Shown piece after piece: positions 52,686 through 64,000 of a stretch of DNA of 64,000 nucleotides. A program made the translations under genes and the position numbers. Source of the stretch: Sphagnum compactum (lineage: Eukaryota); the NCBI GenBank assembly GCA_965153455.1, contig OZ234493.1, forward strand, positions 8,918,213 to 8,982,212, given 5' to 3'. The notes beneath the pieces are model-generated. The model saw nothing but the letters and a program-made list of their open reading frames with translations. It was not told where the DNA came from and did no database searches. How positions within the stretch are numbered: position 1 is the stretch's first letter; every line of letters begins with the position of its first letter.

Positions 52686-53523
52686 ATCTGCTTCATTGCT
52701 TCATCATGAGCAATCAGCTGGGTGCTTCGGGCTATTTAGCAGGAAAGCCTGGTTTGCTATCCACAGCATCAGATACTGGCTGTCTACAGGGGGTTGCAGG
52801 GATAAGTAGTGCAATGATCAATACATGGCCCTTCATGTTAGTCGCAGGGTCAAGTGTGCAGACTGACATTGGGAAAGGGGATTTCAAGGAGCTTGATCAG
52901 ATGGGGATTGTAAAGCCCTCATTCTGGAAACGCACACAAGATTTCTGAGATTCCTGGAGTTATTCACAAGCATAGCATCAGCAGTTGCTGGCTGACCTAG
53001 AGGTACTTACGTCAAGATATCTTCAGATGTTCTACACAAAGATGTGACAGAGATGAGGCAAAACTGTTGCTTGTGTGTGTAGAGCCATCAATTTTGATCT
53101 AGGCTAGAGGGATGGCTCTGAAGGAGCTTTTGGTTGGACACAAGGAAATGACAGAAGCAGTTGCTCTTGAAATGCTAAGGAGCCTTGACAGTTTCCGTAA
53201 GGGGGCCATGAACTCACGTGCTTGAAAAGTGATCACAACCAGATGTATGGACACTGTAGGTTATACCCAGTTTCATGCTTTTGCAGATTATATTGACTGA
53301 AAAATGTCTCTGATTTTGAATGCTGAATATCATTTGCATTTCAATGAGAGCCTGGTCAATTGATATTTTGAGACTCATTACCTGTCTTGTTCCTGAACAT
53401 TTTTGGCTTGCATGCTGCTCACAATCTGGATTGAGTGAGGAAGCCCAGAAGCCAGCTGTGATCAACATTACAGTTAACCCATCTGATGGCTCTGAAAGTG
53501 TCTGAATTGGACATCCAAACTAG
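52686..53523 (+). pseudogene. HACL: Decayed, internally deleted TPP-dependent 2-hydroxyacyl-CoA lyase / oxalyl-CoA decarboxylase
   Basis: ICFIA/HHEQSAG, GYLAGKPGLLSTASDTGCLQGVAGISSAMINTWPFMLVAGSS..DIGKGDFKELDQ, ISEIPGVI, AVAG*PRGTYVKISSDVLHK and FRKGA..SRA. It then jumps to the family C-terminus EAQKPAVINITVNPSDGSESV*IGHPN*. I did not find the TPP-binding GD(S/G) region or the first ~45 residues. Confidence 0.88.
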
Positions 53524-56500
53524 GAAATATTTTGTTATGTTGCTAGTTGCCATTGATTCTGTTCTGCCGGCAGATTTGGGAAAAACTGACTTCAGTTTCT
53601 CACATGACCTGACCTCATTGTGTGAAGGCGTTTAGATCAGGGAGCTAAATGCTCTTTTGAAAAAGCTGTGGGACAAAAATGACTGCTCACTTCAGGTGGG
53701 CTGACACCTAATACATTGTTGCAGGAATTCCAGAACTTCTCTATTTAAGGATGTTCTAAATGTGATGGTCTGATCATGAAGCTGACACTATATGAGCTCA
53801 TCTGTGTCAGCCTGAGGTGATGAAATAATATTGCAATGGTATGACCCTGGAGACTGGCTATACATGCTCACACTAACCTCATCTCTGTATGGTTGAGTTG
53901 ATGGAATGATGGAAAACTGGGGGGAGTTACCAGAAACATATTTTGTTGCCAATCATAGTTCTTCTGTGGATGTGATATGGTTCTGTGATAATGATCATCC
54001 CAAACATTTGCTTTTTTGTAGTGTTACAAATCACATGTGAGCAGAAAAGTCTTATGGCAAATAATGTTACACTTAACTTGCCTCTCCCTGTCCTCCATTT
54101 CAACACTCACGGACATTTATTTGAAGCCATAGCTGACTTTGCTGAGTTGTAGTACCTTGCCACTGCAAAGGTCCACTCTTGACAGACTGTAAATTGTGCT
54201 TCCATATAGATGAGCATTCTTTGCATCCTCATAAGTACTGTTGCAGCAATCGGGCATGAAGATGGGATTCCCTGCATGTGCATGCACCACCGAATTGAAC
54301 CTTCAGCTGTTGAATATCTAATTATTGGAGTGGGGACAATCTCCTTATATGCTTCAACCTTTTAGCATATTGGACTCATCTTGTTCTGTATTTGAATATT
54401 TCAACTACCCAATTCTCCACTTTCTCAATCATTCATTTGTTGAATTGGTGTTGCAACTTAAATGATTCCCTCGACAATAATTGTCCACCCTTTGAGCTTT
54501 GGAGCATAGGCTATGTTTATCTTTGCGTGTCAACGGACACTTTTTTTCCTCTTAACAGCTTGTGGAGACCAATTAACTACACAGAATTGAACATCAGTAG
54601 AACAATCATAGTTCAAGTAGGTCCAGAATAGGAACTTTAGAATCTCCTTTTTGAATTGGTGCTCTGCCCTTTTACAAGGCTGAAATGTTGGGAGGCCATC
54701 CATTCTATGACTATTCCCAGCTGAAAGCTCTTATTGCCAGAATTCTCATGGGAACAACCATTGCAGTCACTCATCCAGAATTTTGAGGGAATAACATGTC
54801 ATTTTTTAGAGTTCTTCATATTGCATAAATCTCATCCAAGGTCATCATCAATTACATGTCTGTATCTCGGTATCCATGATTTAACATAATAGTTCAATGA
54901 CATTGTCAAGGATCATGAATTGATCATGAACAATCTTCCTGTTTTTTCTAAAAATGTAATCTTCCCCTTTGAGAAAGGTCAAATCCTTCTTATAGAAAAA
55001 AGGTGAGAAAATCCTTTATGTAAGATAATGGGCACACACACCTGACTATTGTGCTGTGCACCTACAAGTTTTGGGCTTGCCTGCAAGACTTACCTGACAC
55101 AATGATCAAGGGCTTTGCTCATTTTCTGAACGGTTTCCAGTACAATAATGATGATGGAGCAAATACTCTGGCTCTTCTTTATTGGGTAGGGTAAGGCCCT
55201 AGGGTGAAGGCAGTAGGGGCAAGGCTCAACTAGGCTCAAGCACCGATATGTTTGTTTCTAGTATTCTTAATTGTGCACTTAATTGGACTGATGCCACTTT
55301 TTTCTGAACCAAAGTTTTGACGGGATGGGATCCACGAACACTCACGCCACTCGTCTATCTGCAGAGGGTGAGCGTTTGGCGTCTTGCATCCAAATAATGG
55401 ACTCCTGCAATGCAGTGCGGGTGATGATATGGAGAACTCTTTGGGTCCCACTCATTACCCAAAATGTTCATCGTAATTATTTCAACACGATTTCGACACG
55501 GAATAGTCCTCCGCCGGCCCGGTCCCACGTAATAATTCCACCACCAAGGGATTCGGGAGAGGATAGATCTATCGCCACCGGGTTGGAAGCGCCATCATCC
55601 TCAATTATTTTCTTTCCTAGCGTCAGTCATTTCACCGACTTTCCTGATCACTTGGAGCAGTAATTGCTAGATGTCCCCGCCCATCATCTCTTATCCAAGA
55701 GATATCAAAAATCCTACCAACCAATTCCTAGCTGCGCTTCCCTTGTGAGAATTATACCAGCGGTAACACTCTAGCTCGAAGTAATCCATGAAAAATTTGC
55801 AAACAGTTGTAAAGAAGCTGTAGTAGTAGATCGAGGAGAGAGACGTCGGAGAACGTTAAACAACCCAATTAATGGAACTTTGCGGGGTGACAGAAAAAGG
55901 CCTTGGTCGCCCCTGCACAGTTCTGCTTACAGGGTTTGACTAAAAATTTGTAAAAGTGAGAAATAAATACAAATTTTGATGATGAATTGTTAATTCAAGC
56001 AGAAAGTAGACTGTGAAATTCTTGCAGAACACATCACAACGTCCACCGCGCGGTTCTGCGCAAAACGATGCACGGCACAAAACGACAAGACTTGCAAAGT
56101 TCGATGGGGAAGGGGTGTTTAACGTCCCTCAGAGATCAGAGAGACCAGCTACTTCTGATTGGTATCTTTCCACTCCAATCCATTTCATGGGTTTTTTTCC
56201 ACGCACTGGCATGTAGCCGAAATTTCGGTGTCCAGACATGTCTGCAGGTAGACTGCCATTGTCTGACTGATATGGGGTTGGTCAGGAAGTAAGTTATATA
56301 GAAAACGATTCTGGTCTCATGAGTCATGGCCCATGCAGGAGATGCATGGTGGAGGAGCAAAAATTTATGGCCGTGACGTGATGGGTGAAGACTTCAAGAC
56401 TTTTACATGATCAGTTGAATATGGTCAGAAGTATGATTCCAATCTCACGTAGATATATAGAGCGGGAATCGATCACAGCTGGATTGGTACCAGTGAAGAT

Positions 56501-57660
56501 ATATTACTGAGCATCGACTCAAGTCCTTGACACCAGCCGCGTGTGGACATTAGGATGTCAGACCTAGATGTTCGGCATGGCCGGGGCTAGTGCATGATGA
56601 TCTCAAGCACCGCGTAGTCTCAAGTGTCATGTGCTGACGGGATCTGTATGGAGGACCTAAAAGTGAAAGACATCATGAGTACCACTAGATACTGTAATCA
56701 TTAATCCTAGTCTTTCTGTAAGCTGCGAAAGCATTGGAATCTAATCTGTAATCTGCTGGTCTAGAACTTTCGGATTTTGGTTGGCCCAGTACAGAAGACT
56801 TGTAGATGTACTACTTGTCTGGGATTTCTCTCAAATGCTTCTTCCCCTTTTGTGCATTCATTCCAGCACTTATTGGATGGAGGCGCTGCATGCATGCGCC
56901 GCTGGGTGGTGAGATGTCCGTTTGTAGTGGTATTCTGTTCCATGAGACTCTTCTTCTACTTCGTCCTCTTGGATTGAAAGCACTTTCGCCCCTTACTTTT
57001 CATGATCGTTATTTGCTGCTTCTATCCTACTACGTCACTCTGTTGGAGTTTCCTTTTGCATCCCTTAGAACACTCTAGCTCTTCTTGTTTCTCTGCCGAC
57101 GTTGAAGAGAGGCAGCCTCTAGCGACTTTTAGAGAAACCACGCTTGTAGAACCCGCAATTATGCAGCTCGCAAGTCTCCCATCAAAGGTAGCTTACAACC
57201 TCCAGCAACCCTACTTCAATCTTTGTTTTTTGCAACCTATGAGTACCTGCTTTCTATGGGTTTCTTTCGCCCGTGCATTGCTTCTTGACAATAGGACACA
57301 TGATGATCTGCAGTTAATGGTCGTATGCACCTCGTAGAGCGGAGCCATCATATACCCAGTCCCTAGTCCCCAGTCTTATAAACGAATTCCCTCCTGATCT
57401 GCAGGCCCAATTGCACCTGATGGAAGGTGCAATTGCCATTTCAATGCACTCTAGAGTCTACAGCCAATTGTTGCAGACACAACAATATTTGAGGATTTGC
57501 ACTGTGAAACAGGCAGCTCTCCAACACAAATTGCACCAATATTAGATACGAGGGTTGGACTGAATGCATGTAGCGGTTGCCTGAAAAAAGAACTAAGCAA
57601 CTTCACAACGGTCCACAAGCTAGCTAGGCATCTGGAGATCATTTCTTGGTTCTGAAGATC

Positions 57661-60600
57661 ATGGCGCTGTACTCATGCCACAAGAGAATAATCATTACCG
57701 CAATGCTCGTATTGGGAATTTTGACAATTCCCAAACTGGGACATGCAAGCTTCGAAGGCGATGTGCTTATCAACAATATCAGACCTGCACTAGATCCATC
57801 TGGTCAGCTTCTTCAGTCGTGGACTCGAGGAGGCAATCCTTGTTCAGGCACATTCAAAGGAGTGACATGTAATTCAGGTATTGTAATCTGGTTTCTTCGA
57901 GACCAATAGCTGATTTAGGATCTCGACACTTCGCTGAACACTTGAATGTAGAGGGAAATTCATTGCGAAAACGTGTTGATAGATTCACGGTTCCTAGTTT
58001 GATTCACGATGAGCCAGCTTGATGCTTGTGACCGGAGATTGTTGTAAGTTCATGTCCTGGCAAGAATATGTACTGATGGGCACTTTCTTCTGGAGTTACC
58101 AGGGGGCAGTGTCGCGAATATCTCGTTGCAAAGATGCGGCTTATCAGGCTCTATTCCTTCACAATTCGGCCTCCTTTCGAGCTTGCAAGGTACATCCTAT
58201 TAATGCACCCTCACATAGCTTAATTAGTTGTGTTGTGATCTTCTTGTTGCCGGAGGTGGACATCTTATTCATCATATGTCGTGTTGGTGTTGATGCCTTC
58301 TGCAGTGCTGGAGATTTGCTGCAACAACTTAACTGGGAGCATCCCGGAATCACTCGGCAGCCTGCATCTGACGTCCCTTGATGTTCATGACAACTCTCTC
58401 TCCGGTCCGGTACCAACAGGTGAGTAAATGTGAAGATGATCAAAGAGTGCACACTGCACAAGCTGCCTAATCAGATACACATTTGTTTCATGGCGATTGT
58501 TATAGCCTTTGCGAATTGTGATCCTAAGAGCATGTGCTCCCCCAGCTGTGCTCAGTATGTGACCCTGCACAAAAAATTTTGGATGAACAAAAAGTCGACA
58601 TATGGCGGTTTGGCTCAGTAAAATGGTTTTGGCCCAGCATTTTTGCACACTTTTCTGAGGCTGGTAAAAGGCACAGCAAAGCCTAATAGCTGCTAAAGAA
58701 GAGTGTAGTGAATGTGATATGACTGTTGCTCCCTGTTTCTCATTGGCCAATCGTAATGATTGCTCCAGGTGGTTTGCTATTAGTAGTCTCCCACCGATTT
58801 GCGATCCCAGCTTTAGTTCTATGGGTGGGGTTTAAAAAAAAAGTACAATAGTATACTTGGATGTGAGAAATACTTTTGTAGGGTCACATACTGAACACCG
58901 ATGGAGATGGTCTAAAAAGGCAGGCCACAGACTGTACTCTATGTGAAGCAAATGTGAACTGAAATGGAGAACAAAGTTTTTAAGTGCCCAGTTGAATTTG
59001 GTTTGCTCATAGTGGAATATTGTGCACCTTTGTTCAGGATTGATCCATGCAGCTGGTAGCTTCAACTATGGCAACAATAGTGGGCTCTGCAGCAGCGCCG
59101 GGAATGACACAATTCTTCCGAGAATACCTGTCTGTGAGTCTATAATCCAAGGCAACGTGAAATCCTTGTCCAGCTTGAATATGCTGAAGATGGTTGCAAG
59201 TATTTGCATGGCAGTTTTCATTGCCATGTTGGGAAGCACAATCGTGATCTTGTTCTTTGTTTGGGTCCGATCAAGAAGAAGACCCCGCATTAGTGACGGC
59301 TCAGAAACCTATAGCATCCCCAAAGAGGACACGTCCCAAGAATGTGAGACCGAATTGAAGGTTGCTGAGACTAGCAGCAGTTCCAACAGATTTTTCAGGA
59401 GCTTTCGAAGCACACGCGGTAGCTATGGATCAACTTTACAAGGCAGCTCCTGCGGTGGAAGTATGTCGGATCACCAGCTAGCGAGGGCGCTTGCAGCATC
59501 GTCGTTTGCATCATCAGATCAGGAGAGCCCAATACCACCTAGTCCGTCAGAATTTCGGTTATGGATTTCGCTCAACGAGCTGGAGATTGCCACAAATTAT
59601 TTCTCCCAGATGAATCTTCTTCGAAAATCCGCGCACTCGGCAGTCTACAAAGGAACGCTGCCATCTGATGGTTCCGCAGTTGCTGTCAAATGCGTATATA
59701 ATACACGGTTTTGGTTTGGGAAGAAAGACCTGCGGTTTGTAATCGAAGCTTTGACACATATCAGCCATGAGAACGTGGTCCAGCTCAAGGGCTTTTGCGT
59801 AACCAAAGGTGGATCTGAATGCTTTCTGGTCTACCCTTTTGTGGCTGGTGGCACTCTTGAGCAGCGTCTCCATGGAAATGTCTCTCAAGAAAAGTTCCTC
59901 GATTGGGCAATGAGGGTGAAAATCATGGGCGATGTTGCAAAAGGTATGTATTTATGTATTTTGTTCTATCATGCGTCTCTCATCAAATGGAAGAATTAGT
60001 TAATTGCAAAAATGTAGCCAAACCCAATCTACGTAATCTTTTAAAAAAAGTGATGCATGCTTGTCTTTCTTTGAACCTACCTCTTCCAAGCCCAACTATC
60101 TCACTCCTTTGCCCTACTACATGCCCCGCGTACATGGATATGAAACAGGCAAAAAAACATTGTGCTTGTAACCAAGTGCAAAATTAGAAAAGAATTGTTT
60201 TATCACCAAATTTCTTCAAGGGAATTGTGAATGTAGGAAAACCCAATATTATCAGGTGCCCTCTGAAAAGATATTGCCATAGAGTGGGAGAACATTGACA
60301 AGCATTTTACTGGGAAAGTGCCATTTGTAAACCAGCCCAGTTCATGTTTCTTTTGCAGGGCTTCAGTACTTGCATGACGGTGGGAAGCAAGCAATTGTTC
60401 ATCAAAACTTGTGGGCAGGAAACATACTACTTTCAGACAAAGATGGAATGGCTCTACTATCAGATTATGGCTTGAATGACATCATAGCAGAAGAAGACAC
60501 ATACTCCAGACAAAAACTATTGGCATCATTAGGGTATTTGGCACCAGAGTACGGGTACATGGCACGCCTAAATGACAAATCTGAGGTTTACTCATTCGGA

Positions 60601-60876
60601 GCACTCTCTCTTGAACTACTAACAGGCAGAAGACCTGTTTTTGTTGATGGAAAAAACTGCTCGAGTTTCATCAGCACATATACTTGGGTTAAGACATTGT
60701 TGCAGTCAACTGGAAACATCAGTGAGGTCATAGATCCAAGGTTAGGATCACTGTATCCAGCTACCAAGGCAGCAGGGCTCCTTAACATTGCTCTTTCATG
60801 TATGGCGGAGAGTCCATTCGATAGGCCAACTATGGGGAATGTAGTCGAAAAGTTAAATGCGTGGGATGGACACTAA
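57661..60876 (+). CDS. LRR receptor-like kinase, LRR-IV-like, predicted pseudokinase; 5 exons
   Basis: Exons 57661-57877, 58103-58189, 58306-58419, 59038-59943 and 60359-60876. Signal peptide, LRRNT (LDPSGQLLQSWTRGGNPCSGTFKGVTCN), LRRs (LSGSIP, NNLTGSIPESLG, NSLSGPVP), Cys pair, TM (ICMAVFIAMLGSTIVILFFVWV). Kinase domain with VAVK, HENVVQLKGFC, ECFLVY, VHQNLWAGNIL, DYG and GYLAPEY. Confidence 0.92.
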
Positions 60877-62610
60877 GCTTCTTACATCATTAATTGTGTT
60901 CACTCTCATTGTACAGTAACGTCTACAGCATAGACACACTGTTTTGAGGAATGCTTTCTGTTGTTGTGTGTTGCACATGGACTCTTGTAATTTTATGTAA
61001 TTTTCTCTTCCTTGATTTTCACTGGAGCTGGAAAGCCTTGGACACTTAAGAAGGCTGAGATTTGTTTGTTAGTGGGATCTGAATAAAGAGGTCCCCATAC
61101 TTTTCAAATAATCAGTCATCAGACTCAGTATACTTTGGCAATAAACTGTCATCAGAAGTTAGATCTTAGGAAACGAACACACATCATCGTCACAGAAATA
61201 TGGTGATAGTCATTTTGCATTTTAGTCCAATTCAAATTATAGATACCAGTAATGGTCTTGGGATGCTATCAACAAGTCAGAATTCTTGAAGTCTGAAGAC
61301 AATAATGCAGAGATTAAATTTTGCATCTAGCACAACCACAAATGATTATATGGCATTGAAGTAGTAAAGGTTTAACCAGCAAGCCCTCTTTAGCCCATGT
61401 TCTCGGTATTTCTAAGATGTCTTCCTAAGAATGTTCTGGTTATTTTTAGGTGCAACAAAGGGCCTCCTGCAACCTAAGGATGGATCTTGAAGAACCCAGC
61501 TGTTCACCACTTGAATGGATACTGAGCATCTCATAAAGTGAAAGATAAAAACTTCTGCACCATTACTGACTGTAAATAATGACTCAACAGCAAGGTGATA
61601 GAGATTTCAGATCTAAAAACGTATCAGCAAACAAACAAAAACAAGAGAAACCTCACCCTAAAGAATAGAGAAAACAGAAGCAAGAATAAGGAGCAGTTGA
61701 ATAACAGCAACAGACACTTGTGTTCAGCAACCTTTGACAGCAATATGTATGGTATTGACAAACTACCACAACATTCCCACTGACTTTAGACACACATCTT
61801 AAGCACCCTTCAACAGCAACATGTATGGTATTGCCCAACTACCACAACATCCCACTAACTACATCAGCTACTGGATGTGTAACTATGTCTCTCATAGGAA
61901 TCGAGAAATATCCATTCTCACCATTAAGAACAAGAAAAACAAGGTTAACACTTCTGCATAAAGACACAGAAATTTCCAGAGAAGGATAGTCAAAACTGAG
62001 AGCAAATGACCATAAAACAAATACCAAACAAGGACAAAAAAAAATAATAGACATGCTTGCAGTATGAACAACAGTGCCAGTCTCACACCTGCTCAGGGAC
62101 CATCAACAGTGTGGTGGATATATAACAAACATACTGAGAAAATTCTCCCAGTAATGGGAAAACATAGCCATTAAACTGCATAGCTCAACAAAACATAACA
62201 GAGAAGCAGAAAACCAACGAAACCATAAGGATAGTGGAATATAACCAGAGAGAGAAAGAAGAAAAGAAATAAAAGAGAAGGAAAGGAAAACCTCAAACAA
62301 AATAAGCTGGAAAAAAACTGAACTTAAAAGGGCATGAACTTCTGAGGACAGGACAGAAGCCAAATTGCAGACCTGGTGCCGGTACAGCTACACCTGGTGA
62401 ATGTTGAGGAAGATAAATCTTGCCTTATTCATCAGAAATAGAGTGAAGTTTGTTCAACTGTTTGCAACTTAAGTGACAAAAAGTTTGGGTACCATTACAG
62501 GCACCACTCCTGAACCACTTATCATGAAATCAAACCCTTTGAACATGGCATCAGGCAACATTGTTCCTCTGATCATAGTCTGTGGTTTGATTCCTCCACA
62601 ACTGAGGAAC

Positions 62611-63917
62611 TCACCATCGTCGAAGCCCCCGGGCTACCATAGGATCTGATGGACATTCCACGGCCACATGCCCACGGCCCCCACAGTTGTTGCAAATAGT
62701 CACCTGTAATTGGCAGTTGAGATTAATCCCTGATTATGTTGAACAACAGGTCTGATTCCATCCCTCACGCTGCCTATGTCTAAGATCAGATGTAACCCTA
62801 TTAACAGTCAGCTTCAAAGGACCTGACAGGGTAAAAGGTACAGATATGATAATGTGAAGCCCACTAAATAGAGCTACATACCTGAAGACAATCCTTGCTT
62901 TTGTGACCCGGTTGATGGCAGTTATGGCACACCATCTCAATGAAGCTTGGCACAACAGATCTTGGAGCAACAACAAGCTGAGGACAATCCCGAGCAATAT
63001 GGCCGGGTTGGCTGCACCCATTGCACACAGGGCTATTCACACAGTCCCGAGCTAAGTGTCCTGACTGTCTACAGTTGTTGCAAGCCTTCTCATTGGGACA
63101 GTCCACAGCAAGGTGTCCAGGTCGGTAGCAGTTGTTGCAGAGACGTGCCTTCGGAATCCCTACTTCCTGAGCTGCACAACCCTTTGCAATGTGTCCAGGC
63201 TTTCCACAGTTGTTGCAAATTGGCTCACTGCGGCACTCACTTGCAATGTGGCCGGCCTTCTTGCAGTTGCGACACAGTGGCTCCATTGGGCAAGCAGCAG
63301 CAATATGACTGTCCCAGAAACACCAAAGACAAGAGGAATGTGAACAGATAAACTCTATGCCTCAAAATTTTACTCTAATCGGTAAATCTCTGTGTGGTTA
63401 TGCTTCAATTGGAGGTCCTCTCCACTGAACCTGCACAAAGCTAACAGATTACAGTTGTGACCCTGCCTCTATATTTGACCCTTCATATGATGCAGCAGTT
63501 TCTTACCAACATCACATCCATGAGGATGGGGACTGTTTGCCCTTAACAAAGTTAAAGAAGCATTTTAAAGGGAATTTATGGGGAACACATGGCAACAGCT
63601 CCTCAAATACAAAATAGGAAACATGAGCTGCTAACTCACCCTGAAACACCACAATTGTTACAGACTGATGCATTGGGACAGTCACGGGCAAAATGGCCTG
63701 CTCGCCTGCAGTTATTGCACAGCTCAGCTGGAGCTCTGGAAATGATCACACATATCAGAGTTAGTTCCTGACCTAGCCATTAAAGAAATAGGTTAATACC
63801 AACCAATTGACCTGTAGGAATAACTTACAAAGTCCTTGCTAAACTGACCAGCACAACCAGTGACACAAGTGTCACAAATGCTTCAGGTACTGAAGCCTGC
63901 TGAATACTGTCCTCCAT
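62611..63917 (-). CDS. Zinc-knuckle (9x CX2CX4HX4C) nucleic-acid-binding protein, GIS2/CNBP-like; 5' end uncertain or beyond the window
   Basis: Exons at about 63735-63640, 63308-62882 and 62703-62611 encode nine CCHC knuckles and end ECPSDPMVARGLRRW*. An upstream exon with ATG at 63917 can splice in phase, but the real first exon may lie outside the window. Confidence 0.88.
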
Positions 63918-64000
63918 CTCTCCTCCAGGTATCTAGTTTGAACAACTGGAGAAAAAGAGACCATTAGGAAACCCTAACTGATACCATGAATGGTGATTCC

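Noticed and set aside
55236-57640. Short ORFs upstream of the LRR-RLK
   Set aside because: No domain similarity or coherent exon chain. Consistent with promoter, 5'UTR and leader intron sequence.
61723-61860. ~60-bp direct repeat (ACAGCAA.ATGTATGGTATTG..AACTACCACAACAT)
   Set aside because: Ordinary local duplication between convergent 3' ends with no further structure.
62611-62640. Suspected frameshift at the end of the zinc-knuckle gene
   Set aside because: Recounting the C run shows the frame is intact (MVARGLRRW*).
62864-63735. CCHC knuckles as retrotransposon Gag
   Set aside because: Nine knuckles split by spliceosomal introns, with no protease, RT or integrase, match a cellular CNBP/GIS2-type gene.

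Overview
Eukaryotic land-plant nuclear DNA. Spliceosomal introns, very AT-rich TE-littered intergenic blocks and scattered TTTAGGG motifs suggest a moss such as Sphagnum (inference only). Apparently intact genes: a membrane-anchored START-domain lipid-transfer protein (+, 12975-15435), a Tat-targeted thylakoid-lumen protein of the At2g36145 type (+, 18090-20490), an SUVH SRA/SET H3K9 methyltransferase (+, 34000-36219), a 13-exon plastid FAD-dependent oxidoreductase like At4g30720/PDE327 (-, 50428-43873), an LRR-IV-type receptor pseudokinase (+, 57661-60876) and a 9x CCHC zinc-knuckle GIS2/CNBP-like gene (-, 5' end at or beyond the window edge). A DUF642-like secreted/GPI-type ORF (+, 23559-24476) is open but has no in-frame ATG before its signal peptide. 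The most notable item is barely visible in the ORF track: a decayed, intron-containing oxalate-CoA ligase (AAE3) gene at about 50790-52600 whose C-terminal frame runs, about 95 bp later, into a decayed TPP-dependent 2-hydroxyacyl-CoA lyase/oxalyl-CoA decarboxylase gene (52686-53523). These are consecutive steps of CoA-dependent oxalate degradation, so this looks like the relic of a fusion gene or tight cluster. Mobile DNA includes two different ~0.8 kb GGGT..ACCC TIR elements that both have a TTTG 4-bp TSD, a Tourist-like MITE, an hAT transposase relic and a Helentron-type helicase/endonuclease relic. All family assignments come from my own reading of motifs, not from database searches.
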